Assembly: GCA_964600165.1 (NCBI GenBank)
Contig: CAZRIP010000004.1
Span: forward strand, 5,883 to 69,882
From: an uncultured Elusimicrobia bacterium
Lineage (GTDB): Bacteria > Elusimicrobiota > Elusimicrobia > UBA1565 > UBA9628
Reading direction: 5' to 3'
Length of the DNA stretch: 64,000 nt
Made by a program: the position numbers and the translations under genes. Positions 8,985 to 18,728 of the stretch are shown here, one piece after another. Below the pieces are notes generated by a model. It searched no databases and was not told where the DNA came from. It saw only the letters and a list, made by a program, of their open reading frames with translations. Each line of letters begins with the position of its first letter. The stretch's first letter is position 1.

Positions 8985-9751
8985 GACGCCTGCTGCTCGG
9001 GCTCGACTTCGATGGGACGCTGGCGCCGCTGGCCCAGCGCCCGGAGTTCGCGCGCCTGCCTCCCGCCACGCGCCGGCTGCTCGAGCGCCTCGCGCGCGAG
9101 AAGCGCGTGCGCGTGGCGATCGTCTCCGGACGGGGCTTGGCCGACGTCAAGCGCCGGGTCGGCGTCAAAGGGCTCATCTACTCCGGCAACCACGGCCTCG
9201 AGATCGAGCACGCGCGGGGAGCGCGCTGGGCCCATCCGGAAGCGCGCCGTCTGGCCAAGGCCGTCGCGCGCGTCGCGGCCGAGCTGGCGCCGCGCCTCAA
9301 GGAGTTCCCGGGGGCGCAGCTCGAGGCCAAGGGCCTGACTTTGTCGCTCCATTTCCGCAACCTCAAGAGCTTCCTGTCGCCGCGCCCGCTGCGCGGCCTC
9401 CTGGAGCAGATCGTCGGCCTCGACGCCGCGTACCTGCGGGTGTCGCGCGGCAAGAAGGTCTGGGAGGTCCGGCCGCGCCTGCGCTGGAACAAAGGCGACG
9501 CGCTGCTCAAGCTCGCCGGAACGCGCGGCTCCACCCAGACTTGGACGATCGCCTTCGTCGGCGACGATCAGACCGATGAGGAGGGCTTCCGTCGGCTCGG
9601 GCCCGGCGCGCTGACGGTCCACGTGGGCTCGAGCAAGCGCTCCCGGGCCAACTTCCGCGTCAAGCTTCAGGCGCACGTCGCGCTGTTCTTGGAGTTCGTG
9701 CTCAGCGAGTGGTCCTCGCCAGCGAGGGGATCTTCGAGAGCTCGTCGATGA
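8981..9751 (+). CDS. otsB: Trehalose-6-phosphate phosphatase (HAD family, OtsB). The start codon is not identifiable.
   Basis: HAD motif I LLLGLDFDGTLAP, plus ...VAIVSGR..., ...WNKGDAL..., ...AFVGDDQTDEEGF. No ATG, GTG or TTG lies in frame within 350 nt upstream. The frame is -1 relative to the receiver gene. Confidence 0.7.
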   Translation, partial: VGRLLLGLDFDGTLAPLAQRPEFARLPPATRRLLERLAREKRVRVAIVSGRGLADVKRRVGVKGLIYSGNHGLEIEHARGARWAHPEARRLAKAVARVAAELAPRLKEFPGAQLEAKGLTLSLHFRNLKSFLSPRPLRGLLEQIVGLDAAYLRVSRGKKVWEVRPRLRWNKGDALLKLAGTRGSTQTWTIAFVGDDQTDEEGFRRLGPGALTVHVGSSKRSRANFRVKLQAHVALFLEFVLSEWSSPARGSSRARR

Positions 9752-11447
9752 GCCGCGCGGCCCAGAGATAGACGTTCTGCTCGCGCAGGGTCGCGCGCAT
9801 CGCGCGCATCCTCGCCGTCTGCTCGCGCGGCTCCATGGCGAGGGCGGAGCGGATCGACTCGGCCATCTGGTCTACGTCGTAAGGGTTGACGATCAGCGCC
9901 TCGCGCAGCTCGCGCGCCGCGCCGGTGAAGCGGCTCAAGATCAGCACGCCGCGCTCGTCGTCGCGGCTGGCGACGAACTCCTTGGCGACGAGGTTCATCC
10001 CGTCGTGCAAGGACGTGACCATGCACAAGTCGGCGGCGCGGTAGAGCGGCTCGATCTCGGAATGGCTGTGATGCTTTTTCAAGAACACGATCGGCTTCCA
10101 CGCTTTCGTCGCGAACCGGGCGTTGATGCGCCCGGCCTCGAGCTCGACCTGCGTCATCAAGTCGTGGTAGCGCGGGATCAGCGTGCGGCTGGGCGCGCCG
10201 ACCTGCAGGAAGCAGAACTGGCCGATGAATTCCGGGTATTTCTCGAAGAAGCGCTCGATCCCGCGGAAGCGCTCGACGATCCCCTTGGTGTAGTCGACGC
10301 GATCGACGCCGACGCCGAGCCAGCGGCCGACGGCGCCGTGAGCGCGCGCGAGCGCCTCGCGCGAGGGCGCCGGCGAGGGCGCCTCGGCGGCGGACGGGAA
10401 GGCGATCGAGATCGGGAAGGGCTTGACCAGCGTCGTGTGGCCGGAGCGCTTGACCGCGAAGCGCTCCCAATCGACGCGGCACTCGAGCGTACGGTCGACG
10501 GTCTCAAGGAAATTGTTGCAGTGAAACTGGATGTGGAAGCCGATGATGTCGGCGCCGAGCATCCCGTCCAGGATCTCCTTGCGCCACGGGCAGATGTCGA
10601 AGGCCTCGGGGTTGGTCCAGGGGATGTGCCAGAAGATCGCCACGCGCGCGTCCGGGCGCGCCTCCTTTATAAGACGCGGCAGCAGCGCGAAGTGGTAATC
10701 CTGGATCAAGACCCAGGGCTCTCGCGTATGCGCCATCTCCTCGATGAGCGCCGCGGCGAACTTCGCGTTGACGGCCCGGTACTGCTCCCAGTCCTGGGTC
10801 TCGAATAAAGGCCGCGTGTGGGCGATGTGGCAGAGCGGCCAAAGGCCCTCGTTGGCGAAGCCGTAGTAATAGCCGTCCTCTTCCTCGCCCGTGAGCCAGA
10901 CGCGGCGCAGCGTGTATTGCGGATCGTCCGGGGGGACCTGCACGTGCCCGTGCTCGTCGACCGTCTCGGCGTCGGCCGAGCCCGTCGCCTGCGCGACCCA
11001 CACCCCGCCGCAGGCCCGCAGGACGGGCTCGATGCCGGTGACCAGGCCCGAGGCCGGCGTGCGGACCTCGACGCGCCGGCCGACGCGGATGTGCTCGTAA
11101 GGCTCGCGGTTGGCGGCGACGAACAAGGCCCGGCCGTCGAGCTTGCTTTTGACGTGCTCCTTGAGGCGGTCGGCCGTCCAGACGGCCTCGCCCTCGTGGC
11201 GCAGGCGCGCCTCGCGCTCGGCCGCCTGCCGCGCCTCGGTCAGGCTCTGGGCCAAGCGCGTCGTCTCGGCGGCCAGGCGGTCGACCGGGCCCGAGACGAT
11301 GCGCCGGACGATCCACAGGCAAAGGGCCGTGATCATCACGGAGGCGAGCAGCGGGCGCACCGGCCCGTCTTGAAGGTGGAGCAGTCGCGAGGCGTAGACC
11401 GTCGCCGTGACCGCGAGACTCAGCGCCAGCGCCAAGCGCAGCTGCAT
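9702..11447 (-). CDS. otsA: Alpha,alpha-trehalose-phosphate synthase (GT20, OtsA) with an N-terminal two-helix membrane anchor and a coiled-coil segment
   Basis: GT20 motifs ([16 protein letters not shown]..., [10 protein letters not shown]). The N-terminus [18 protein letters not shown]...[15 protein letters not shown] is hydrophobic. The 3' end overlaps convergent otsB by 50 bp. Confidence 0.8.
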   Translation of the reverse strand: MQLRLALALSLAVTATVYASRLLHLQDGPVRPLLASVMITALCLWIVRRIVSGPVDRLAAETTRLAQSLTEARQAAEREARLRHEGEAVWTADRLKEHVKSKLDGRALFVAANREPYEHIRVGRRVEVRTPASGLVTGIEPVLRACGGVWVAQATGSADAETVDEHGHVQVPPDDPQYTLRRVWLTGEEEDGYYYGFANEGLWPLCHIAHTRPLFETQDWEQYRAVNAKFAAALIEEMAHTREPWVLIQDYHFALLPRLIKEARPDARVAIFWHIPWTNPEAFDICPWRKEILDGMLGADIIGFHIQFHCNNFLETVDRTLECRVDWERFAVKRSGHTTLVKPFPISIAFPSAAEAPSPAPSREALARAHGAVGRWLGVGVDRVDYTKGIVERFRGIERFFEKYPEFIGQFCFLQVGAPSRTLIPRYHDLMTQVELEAGRINARFATKAWKPIVFLKKHHSHSEIEPLYRAADLCMVTSLHDGMNLVAKEFVASRDDERGVLILSRFTGAARELREALIVNPYDVDQMAESIRSALAMEPREQTARMRAMRATLREQNVYLWAARLIDELSKIPSLARTTR

Positions 11448-11563
11448 TTTAGAAGTATAGCCCCCGGCCCCTGAAAACTTCCTGAAGTCCTGGGGAATTT
11501 TTTGTGTCGTCGCAAAACGGTTCCTTGACTCTCGGCGGTTCCGGCGCGACAATGAGAATAGGG

Positions 11564-14500
11564 ATGTGGTACAAGGACGCCGTCGTTTACGAGCTCAACC
11601 TCCGCGCGTTCTGCGACTCGAACGGCGACGGGATCGGCGACTTGCGCGGCCTGACCTCGAAGCTCGATTACGTGCGCGACCTCGGCGTCACGGCGATCTG
11701 GCTGCTGCCCTTTTATCCCTCGCCGCTCAAGGACGACGGCTACGATATCAGCGACTACCGCTCCGTGCACCCGTGCTACGGGACGCTCGATGATTTCAAG
11801 GAGCTGTTGACGGAGGCCCACCGCCGCGGCCTGCGGATCATCACCGAGCTCGTCCTGAACCACACCTCGGACCAGCATCCCTGGTTCAAGCGCGCGCGCG
11901 CCGCCGCGCCGGGCAGCCCCGAGCGCGACTTCTACGTCTGGAGCGACAACCCGGACAAGTATAAGGACGCGCGCATCATCTTCAAGGACTTCGAGCATTC
12001 GAACTGGTCCTGGGATCCGCTCGCCAAGGCGTACTATTGGCACCGGTTCTACTCGCACCAGCCCGATCTCAACTGGGAGAACCCCGTGGTGCGCGACGAG
12101 ATGTTCGCCGTCGTCGACTTCTGGCTCGGACTCGGCGTCGACGGTTTGCGGCTCGACGCCGTGCCTTATCTTTTCGAGCGCGAGGGGACGAGCTGCGAGA
12201 ACCTGCCCGAGACCCACGCGTTATTGAAGGCGCTGCGCGGCCACGTCGACGCGCGCTTCGAGGGCCGCATGCTTCTGGCCGAGGCCAATCAGTGGCCCGA
12301 GGACGCGGTCAACTACTTCGGCGCCGGCAAAGGCGACGAGTGCCACTGCGCTTTCCATTTTCCTCTCATGCCGCGGATGTTCATGGCCGTGCAGACCGAG
12401 GACCGCTTTCCGATCGTCGACATCCTCGACCAGACTCCGGCGCTGCCGGAGACCGGCCAGTGGCTGCTTTTTTTGCGCAACCACGACGAGCTGACCCTTG
12501 AGATGGTCACGGACGAAGAGCGCGACTACATGTACCGGATGTACGCCGACGACCCTCAGGCGCGCATCAACCTCGGCATCCGGCGGCGTCTGGCGCCGCT
12601 CCTGGGCAACAACCGGCGCAAGATCGAGCTGATGAACGGCCTGCTGCTCTCGCTGCCGGGGACGCCGGTCCTCTACTACGGCGACGAGATCGGCATGGGG
12701 GACAACTTCTATCTGGGCGACCGCAACGGGGTGCGCACGCCGATGCAGTGGAGCGCCGACCGCAACGCGGGCTTTTCCCAAGCCAACCCGCAGCGGCTCT
12801 ATCTTCCGATAATCATCGATCCCGAGTACCACTACGAGGCGATCAACGTCGACGTGCAGCAGAACAACCCGCAATCGCTCTTGTGGTGGATGAAGCGGCT
12901 GATCGCGCTGCGCGCGCGCAGCCCCGTCTTCGGGCGCGGGTCTTTCCGTCTTCTGCCCAACGAGAACCGCAAAGTCATTTCGTTTCTGAGAGAGGACGGC
13001 GACAAGACCCTCCTCGTCGTCGCGAACCTCTCGCGCTTCGTCCAGCACGCTGAACTTCCGCTCTCCGAGTTCGCGGGGCGCGTGCCGGTCGAAGCCATCG
13101 GCGGCTCGCGCTTTCCGCCGATCGCCGACGCGCCTTATCCCTTGGCGCTCGGCCCCCATCAATTCCTCTGGTTTTTCCTCGAGCGCGCGGCCGAGCGCGA
13201 GGAGCAGTCCCAGCCGCCGACCGTCTGGTCGCGCGGCGGCTGGGAGGAGCTGGCGCGGCCGCCCTCGCGCGCCTTGGAGGAGCCGCTCGCGGCCTATTTG
13301 AGGCGGCGCGGCTGGACGCGCGGCGCGCGCGCCGCGCGCGTCGAGGACTTCTACTCGCTCGGAGTCGCCGGCGCGCTCGTCGTGGCCGACGTCGACGGGC
13401 CCGAGGGCGCGCAGCGCATCGTGATGCCGCTCGCCTTCGCGTCAGGAGAGCGCGCCGCGGAGCTTCAACGCGCGCACCCCGAGTCCGTCGTGGCTTTCGT
13501 CTCCGGTCCGTCGCCCGGCGTCTTGTGCGAGGGCGTCGTCGACCGCGAGTTTTGCGACGCTCTGGCCACGATCGCGCGCTCCGACGTTCGCGTCAAAGGG
13601 CGCTTGGGCGAGCTCGTCGGCGGCGCCTCCGCGGCGCTCGACGTCGCGAAAGGCGCGGAGGCCGTCGTGTCATGGGACGACGCCGGCAACGCGTCCGTGC
13701 GTCGGGACGGCTCGACGACAAGGCTCCTACGCCGGCTCGAGCAGGGCGTATCACCGGAGCTCGAGGTCGGGCGCTTCTTGACCGGGCGCGCCCATTTCCC
13801 GAACGCGCCCGCCGTCGTCGGGGCGCTCGAGCTCGTGGGGGCGCGCCATCCGGCGACGATCGCGGTCTTCCTCTCGGCCTCCGGCGAGCAGACGAGCGCC
13901 TGGAAGTTCGCGCTGGACTCTTTGCACCGCTTCTACGAGGCCGCCCTGGCCCGCGGAACGCCGGCGCCGACGCTGGAGGGCGCGCGCTTGGTCGAGCTCG
14001 CGCAAAATCCTCCGCCGGCCGAGGCCTACGAGCTCGTCGGCCCGTTCTTGCGCGCGGCCGAGCTCTTGGGCGCGCGCGTGGCGGAGCTGCACCGGGCGCT
14101 CGCCTCGGACCCGCGGGACCCTCACTTCGCGCCCGAGCCCTTCACGTGGCAGTACCAGCGAGCGCTCTATCAGTCCCTGCGCACGCTCGCGCGCGAGATG
14201 TTCCTGCGCCTGCGCCGCGAGCTTCGAGGCCTCTCCGAGGCCTCGCGCCATGAGGCCGAGGGCGCGCTCGCGCTCGAAGACGAGGTTTTGCGGCGATTTC
14301 ACGCGATCTATCAGCGGCGCATCGAGGCCGTGCGCATCCGCGGCCACGGCGACCTGCACTTGGGACGGCTGCAGTACACGGGCAAGGACTTCCTTTTCAC
14401 GGGCTTCGAGGGCGAGGCGGGCCGGTTGCTCGGCGAGCGGCGCGTCAAGCGCTCGCCGCTCTACGACGCGGCTTCGCTCCTGCGCTCGTTCCAGAACGCG

Positions 14501-14812
14501 GCCGCGAGCGCGGCTTTGGACGCGCGCGCGCAGGACGCCGCGCTTCTCGCCGGCTGGACCCGCTATTGGCTCGTGTGGACGTCGGCGGCGTTCTTGCGCG
14601 ACTATCTGCAGGGCGCGCGGGGCCTGGCGCCCGCGCGGCTTGAGGACTTGAACCTGCTGCTCGGCACGCACTTGGTCGAGCGCGCGGCGCGCGAGGTGGC
14701 GTGGGCCTTGCAGTCCGGCCAGCGGGTGGACGCGGCCTTGCGAGGGCTTTCGGAGCTCATCGCGCGCGCGGGCATCGAGCTTTCGCCCGTCAAGAAGCCC
14801 GACGCCGGCTAA
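11564..14812 (+). CDS. treS: Trehalose synthase (maltose alpha-D-glucosyltransferase) fused to a C-terminal maltokinase (Pep2/Mak-like) domain
   Basis: GH13 TreS motifs (MWYKDAVVYELNLRAF, GFRLDAVPYL, NHDELTLEMV). About 450 C-terminal residues resemble maltokinase. Alternative upstream ATGs at 11504 and 11552 exist. Confidence 0.8.
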   Translation: MWYKDAVVYELNLRAFCDSNGDGIGDLRGLTSKLDYVRDLGVTAIWLLPFYPSPLKDDGYDISDYRSVHPCYGTLDDFKELLTEAHRRGLRIITELVLNHTSDQHPWFKRARAAAPGSPERDFYVWSDNPDKYKDARIIFKDFEHSNWSWDPLAKAYYWHRFYSHQPDLNWENPVVRDEMFAVVDFWLGLGVDGLRLDAVPYLFEREGTSCENLPETHALLKALRGHVDARFEGRMLLAEANQWPEDAVNYFGAGKGDECHCAFHFPLMPRMFMAVQTEDRFPIVDILDQTPALPETGQWLLFLRNHDELTLEMVTDEERDYMYRMYADDPQARINLGIRRRLAPLLGNNRRKIELMNGLLLSLPGTPVLYYGDEIGMGDNFYLGDRNGVRTPMQWSADRNAGFSQANPQRLYLPIIIDPEYHYEAINVDVQQNNPQSLLWWMKRLIALRARSPVFGRGSFRLLPNENRKVISFLREDGDKTLLVVANLSRFVQHAELPLSEFAGRVPVEAIGGSRFPPIADAPYPLALGPHQFLWFFLERAAEREEQSQPPTVWSRGGWEELARPPSRALEEPLAAYLRRRGWTRGARAARVEDFYSLGVAGALVVADVDGPEGAQRIVMPLAFASGERAAELQRAHPESVVAFVSGPSPGVLCEGVVDREFCDALATIARSDVRVKGRLGELVGGASAALDVAKGAEAVVSWDDAGNASVRRDGSTTRLLRRLEQGVSPELEVGRFLTGRAHFPNAPAVVGALELVGARHPATIAVFLSASGEQTSAWKFALDSLHRFYEAALARGTPAPTLEGARLVELAQNPPPAEAYELVGPFLRAAELLGARVAELHRALASDPRDPHFAPEPFTWQYQRALYQSLRTLAREMFLRLRRELRGLSEASRHEAEGALALEDEVLRRFHAIYQRRIEAVRIRGHGDLHLGRLQYTGKDFLFTGFEGEAGRLLGERRVKRSPLYDAASLLRSFQNAAASAALDARAQDAALLAGWTRYWLVWTSAAFLRDYLQGARGLAPARLEDLNLLLGTHLVERAAREVAWALQSGQRVDAALRGLSELIARAGIELSPVKKPDAG

Positions 14813-15306
14813 TCACGCGAGAGCAAGTGGCGGCAGGCCCGCGACACGGAGTCGAGGACGAGCCCGAAGACGACGTGCGCCGCGGCGCTCTCGGCCTGCA
14901 GCTCCTTGGGCTGCTTGCCGACGGGCGGCGTCAGGCGCAGCGCCGGCAGCGCGAGCTCGTCGGCGCCGAACCAGACCCCGAGGCCGTAGAGCGACCCCGC
15001 CCCCGAGCGCACGACCGGCAGCTCGGCGCCGAGGACTCCGTAGAGCGCTCCGATCAAAGCCCCGAATGCGTAATGCACGGCCTGTCCGGCCGGCTTGCGC
15101 TGGCGCCGGGACAGCGTCTTCTTCAAGAGCGCCTCGGAGATCGCCGCGGCGGTCCTGACCGTGGGCTCGTCCTCCTCGACCACGGGGTCGGGCTCCTCCG
15201 GCGCGAGTTGGCTCATGGCCGAGAGCACCTGGCTCAACGCCCACGCCCCCGCCAAGCCGCCGAGGATCCCGCCCGCGATCTCCGACCAATCCGGGTTGTG
15301 GTCCAT
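14809..15306 (-). CDS. DUF1440 (YagU-like) small membrane protein
   Basis: Hydrophobic helices with a Gly-rich pattern (IAGGILGGLAGAW..., HYAFGALIGALYGVLG). A TATAAT lies 4 nt upstream of the ATG, so the mRNA may be leaderless. Confidence 0.45.
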   Translation of the reverse strand: MDHNPDWSEIAGGILGGLAGAWALSQVLSAMSQLAPEEPDPVVEEDEPTVRTAAAISEALLKKTLSRRQRKPAGQAVHYAFGALIGALYGVLGAELPVVRSGAGSLYGLGVWFGADELALPALRLTPPVGKQPKELQAESAAAHVVFGLVLDSVSRACRHLLSRD

Positions 15307-15329
15307 GCGCCCATTATAAGCCCGCTGGT

Positions 15330-15357
15330 TTTTGGGCCTCGCGTCGAAACTGCTAAA
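15330..15357 (+). promoter_or_regulatory. Candidate sigma70-type promoter for tRNA-Thr (TTGGGC-16-TAAACT)
   Basis: Hexamers read directly, about 13 nt upstream of the tRNA 5' end. Confidence 0.3.
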
Positions 15358-15370
15358 CTGGCGTGACGGC

Positions 15371-15441
15371 GCCCCCGTAGCTCAGTGGCAGAGCAGCGGT
15401 TTTGTAAACCGCGTACCGGAGTTCGATTCTCCGCGGGGGCT
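15371..15441 (+). tRNA. tRNA-Thr (anticodon TGT)
   Basis: Manual cloverleaf folding. Acceptor GCCCCCG/CGGGGGC, D-stem GCTC/GAGC, anticodon stem GCGGT/ACCGC with loop TTTGTAA, T-arm CGGAG-TTCGATT-CTCCG. No CCA is encoded. Confidence 0.8.
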
Positions 15442-15467
15442 TTTCCATTATTAGGTAAAATCGCAGC

Positions 15468-17345
15468 GTGAGCCAAGCCACGGGCCATCCGCACGAAAAG
15501 CCCCACCACCCGCACTGGCCGCTGGCCTGCCTGCTGTTTTGCTACGTCGCGCTGCTCGGCCTGACGTCGGTGCACGTCTCGGGCACTTGGCTCGTCATCA
15601 AGACCGGCGCGAAGATCTTGAGCGAGCGCGCCGTGCCGCGCGTCGATCCCTTCTCCTACACGGCGGCGGGGCGGCCGTGGACGACGGATTCATGGCTCTC
15701 GGACGTCGCGTTTTATCTGATACACCGCGGGCTCGGTCCCGGCGGGCTGGTGCTGATGAAATCGCTCGCCGCCGCGTGCGCCTTCGCGCTGCTCTTGCCC
15801 GTCAACCCGGCGAGCCCGCTGATCGCGGCGTCGGTCTTGGGCCTGGGCGCGGTCGCGGCGTGGACGGGCTTTTCCGAGACGCCCGCGATCCTGGACTTGC
15901 TCCTTTTATCGGTCATGCTGAGGCTTCTGCGCCCGCGCAAGGGATTTCACTGGGAGATGCTCGCGCAGGTCTTCGCGCTGGAAGCGCTGTGGGCCAACGT
16001 CCACGGCACGACGGCCGTGCTCGGGCTCTGGCTGATCGGCCTCAAGGTCTTCAAGGCGTCCCTTCGCACCGTCAAGCGCGAGCGTCTCGGGTATTGGGCG
16101 CTCTTGGCCGCGGCGGCCGTCGCGTTGTCGTTGAATCCTCACGGCTACGGCGTCGTGCCGCACATGTTCGACGGCGGGGAGAGCTGGTCGGCCTGGCAGC
16201 CGCTCTCGTCGTGGCTGAACTTTTACAACCTCTTCGCGTTGGCCGGCGCCGCGGCCTGTTACGCCTGCCTTCAGCAAGAGTTCTTCCTGACGATGACGGC
16301 GGCGACGCTCTTGTGCCTGTCGCTCGTCTACCCGGGCTTGCGGCCGCTCTACATCCTCGCGTCCTGCCCGGTGATCACGCTCGCGCTCGGCCACGTGCTG
16401 CGCCCGAAGTCGGACACGCCGGCGCGGGTCCTGCGCTGGGGCTTGGGGATGGGGCTGCTCTTGGCCGCGCACATCGGCTTTGTCGCGCTGCCGCTCTCGC
16501 GCTCGCGCGGCTATACGGCCGTTTCGCTCGACGGCGCGCTCCATTACCTGCGCGACAACGGCGTCAAAGGGCGCATGTTCAACGAGCCGGAGACCGGGGC
16601 GCGGCTCTTGGCCGCCGATCGCGCCGTTTTCGTCGACCGGCGCGCGCGTCTCTACGGGGCGGCGTTCATGAAGGACGCGGAGCGCTGGCCGTCCTCGTTC
16701 AACCAGCTTTGCGAAGTCTACCGCTTCGATTACGCCGTGATCCTCAACCGCCGCGGGCGCTACCCCGCGCGGGCCTTGGACGAGGCCCCCGATTGGCGGC
16801 TCGCCTACGCCGACGACGACGCGCTGGTCTATCTTCGGCGCTCGGGCGACGACGGCTGGCTCGTCGCGAATCAACCGAAGCCCTTGCTGACGCCGAACCG
16901 TCCTTTCCCGGACGCGTTGGATGCCGCGCTCGCGCAGCCGAAGACGGCCTCGCGCGCGCTGGCGGAGCTCGACCGCTGGCTCGTCCAAGCGCCGGACGGC
17001 GCGCAGGTGCTCATCTGGAAGGCCTACGCCTTGGACCGCCTCGGGCTCTCCGAGAAGGCGGAGCGGCTGCTCGCGCTCGCGCAGGCGCGCTCGCGGCTGC
17101 GTTGGGACCCCGAGCTCGAGGCGGCGCTGGGCGAGGTCTACGACCGGCGCGGCGACCTGCGCAAGGCGCGCACGCTCTACTTGCGCTGCGCGCTCTTGTC
17201 GCGGCGGCGCGGCGACGCGGCGCTCGAGGCCGCTTCTTTGGAAAAGCTCGCCGCGCTCCATCGACGCTCCGGCGACGAGCCCCGCGCGCGGGCGCTCGAG
17301 CGGCGCCTCGGAGAGATCGCGGCCGCGCCGGTCGACGAGCCCTAG
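15468..17345 (+). CDS. Polytopic membrane protein (GT-C-like) with C-terminal TPR repeats
   Basis: About 11 predicted transmembrane helices in the first ~330 aa. The C-terminal TPR-like repeats read LAELDRWLVQAPDG...KAYALDRLGLSEKAERLL...GEVYDRRGDLRKARTLY. Confidence 0.5.
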   Translation: MSQATGHPHEKPHHPHWPLACLLFCYVALLGLTSVHVSGTWLVIKTGAKILSERAVPRVDPFSYTAAGRPWTTDSWLSDVAFYLIHRGLGPGGLVLMKSLAAACAFALLLPVNPASPLIAASVLGLGAVAAWTGFSETPAILDLLLLSVMLRLLRPRKGFHWEMLAQVFALEALWANVHGTTAVLGLWLIGLKVFKASLRTVKRERLGYWALLAAAAVALSLNPHGYGVVPHMFDGGESWSAWQPLSSWLNFYNLFALAGAAACYACLQQEFFLTMTAATLLCLSLVYPGLRPLYILASCPVITLALGHVLRPKSDTPARVLRWGLGMGLLLAAHIGFVALPLSRSRGYTAVSLDGALHYLRDNGVKGRMFNEPETGARLLAADRAVFVDRRARLYGAAFMKDAERWPSSFNQLCEVYRFDYAVILNRRGRYPARALDEAPDWRLAYADDDALVYLRRSGDDGWLVANQPKPLLTPNRPFPDALDAALAQPKTASRALAELDRWLVQAPDGAQVLIWKAYALDRLGLSEKAERLLALAQARSRLRWDPELEAALGEVYDRRGDLRKARTLYLRCALLSRRRGDAALEAASLEKLAALHRRSGDEPRARALERRLGEIAAAPVDEP

Positions 17346-17421
17346 CCCGCCCGGGCTTGTGACGATCCTGTTTCGCTCGCTGGACAAAGGCCTTTTCGCC
17401 TGTTATACTCGGAATCCGACG

Positions 17422-18102
17422 ATGAACAGAGCGCGAACGACGGCGGCGTTGGCGTTTTGCGCGCTTTTGGCCGCCTGCTCCCAGCCCAAGTACGCGAATT
17501 ACACCTCGCTCGATCACGACTGGCAGGCGAACGTCCCCTGGGGCTGGAGCGTGATGACCGATCGCGAGGGCGCGAACTTCGCGCACACCGCCTTCATCGG
17601 CCCCTTCGAGCCGGACTTCTATTTGGGCGCGCCGTCGCTTCAGGTGCGCTGGTACGCGTACGGCATCCCGCACAAGCTCGTCGACGGCGAGCTGGAGATC
17701 TATCCCTCGGCCGACGTCTATATCAAGCAAACGCTCGACTTGGTGTATGGGAAGGCGCGCGAGATGCCCACGCCCGTCGAGGACCTCGACGTGGGGGGAC
17801 GCAAGGGCAAGCATTTCGTCGTCGTCTCGGCGCGGCCGGCGCCGAAGTGGGCCAATTGGGGCACGTCGATCAGCAAGGCCGACGGCACGGTCGGCATCAT
17901 CCGGCAGCACGCTTACGTCGTGGTGCCGATGACTCGCGGCTTCTACGTGCTGATCTATCCCGCGACGCAGGCGGGCTTCCCGCTCTACGAGAAGCGCTTC
18001 AACGAGTTCGCCCACACGTTCCAACCGCTGACCGACGGGCCCGGCGGGCCGAAGGTCGTCGCCGCGATGGCGGCGCCGGTCGTGGCCAAGAAAGGACGCT
18101 AG
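17422..18102 (+). CDS. Hypothetical lipoprotein
   Basis: Signal peptide with lipobox (ALLAAC|S). No recognisable domain. Confidence 0.5.
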   Translation: MNRARTTAALAFCALLAACSQPKYANYTSLDHDWQANVPWGWSVMTDREGANFAHTAFIGPFEPDFYLGAPSLQVRWYAYGIPHKLVDGELEIYPSADVYIKQTLDLVYGKAREMPTPVEDLDVGGRKGKHFVVVSARPAPKWANWGTSISKADGTVGIIRQHAYVVVPMTRGFYVLIYPATQAGFPLYEKRFNEFAHTFQPLTDGPGGPKVVAAMAAPVVAKKGR

Positions 18103-18185
18103 ACCCTAGGGGTTTGCCGTATAGGTCTGGCGGGCCGCGCGCAAGAGTGCTACACTAACTCGATTTCGCCTTTCTGTTTTTCCCC

Positions 18186-18728
18186 ATGCCGAAGACCCGC
18201 GATCTGCGCTTCACTCTCCGCATTAAGGCCAAGCCCGAGCAAGTCTACCGCGCGCTCACCTCGGCCACGGAGCTTTGCCGCTGGTGGCTCGCCGGCGCCG
18301 AGACCGACGCGCGCAGCGCCGGGCGCTTCCGGATGGTCTGGCCCAAGGTGAAACCTAAGGCCAGCGAGAACGGCAACGGGCATTCGGGCAAGTCCTTCCC
18401 TCCCAACACCGCGCTCGGCGACTCCGAGGGCTACTTCGTCGACCTCGAGCCCGGCCGCAAGGTCGCCTGGATGTGGAAGCTCAAGCGCGCCAAGCGGCTT
18501 TATCCGCCGCTGTCCTCGTTTTTCATCGAGCGCTCCGGGCGCGGTTGCGAGGTCACGCTCGTCCACGCGGGCTTCTCGTCGGCGGCCTCGGCCGACAAGT
18601 TCTATCAGGGCTGCGCGGCCGGCTGGGAGGACTGCCTCTCGAAGCTCAAGCTTTATCTCGAGACCGGCCGCACCTGCAAGGCGCAGCCGCTCGATTTCAC
18701 CGAGCTCAAGTCCCTCCTCAAAGAATGA
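18186..18728 (+). CDS. SRPBCC/AHSA1-like (activator of Hsp90 ATPase homolog) domain protein
   Basis: N-terminal signature LRFTLRIKAKPEQVYRALTSATELCRWW and a length of about 180 aa. Confidence 0.55.
   Translation: MPKTRDLRFTLRIKAKPEQVYRALTSATELCRWWLAGAETDARSAGRFRMVWPKVKPKASENGNGHSGKSFPPNTALGDSEGYFVDLEPGRKVAWMWKLKRAKRLYPPLSSFFIERSGRGCEVTLVHAGFSSAASADKFYQGCAAGWEDCLSKLKLYLETGRTCKAQPLDFTELKSLLKE

Noticed and set aside
15371-15441. tRNA-Thr as an integration site for a mobile element or island
   Set aside because: No integrase, recombinase, transposase or direct repeat of the tRNA 3' end was seen within several kb. The same holds for the tRNA-Arg at 63895.
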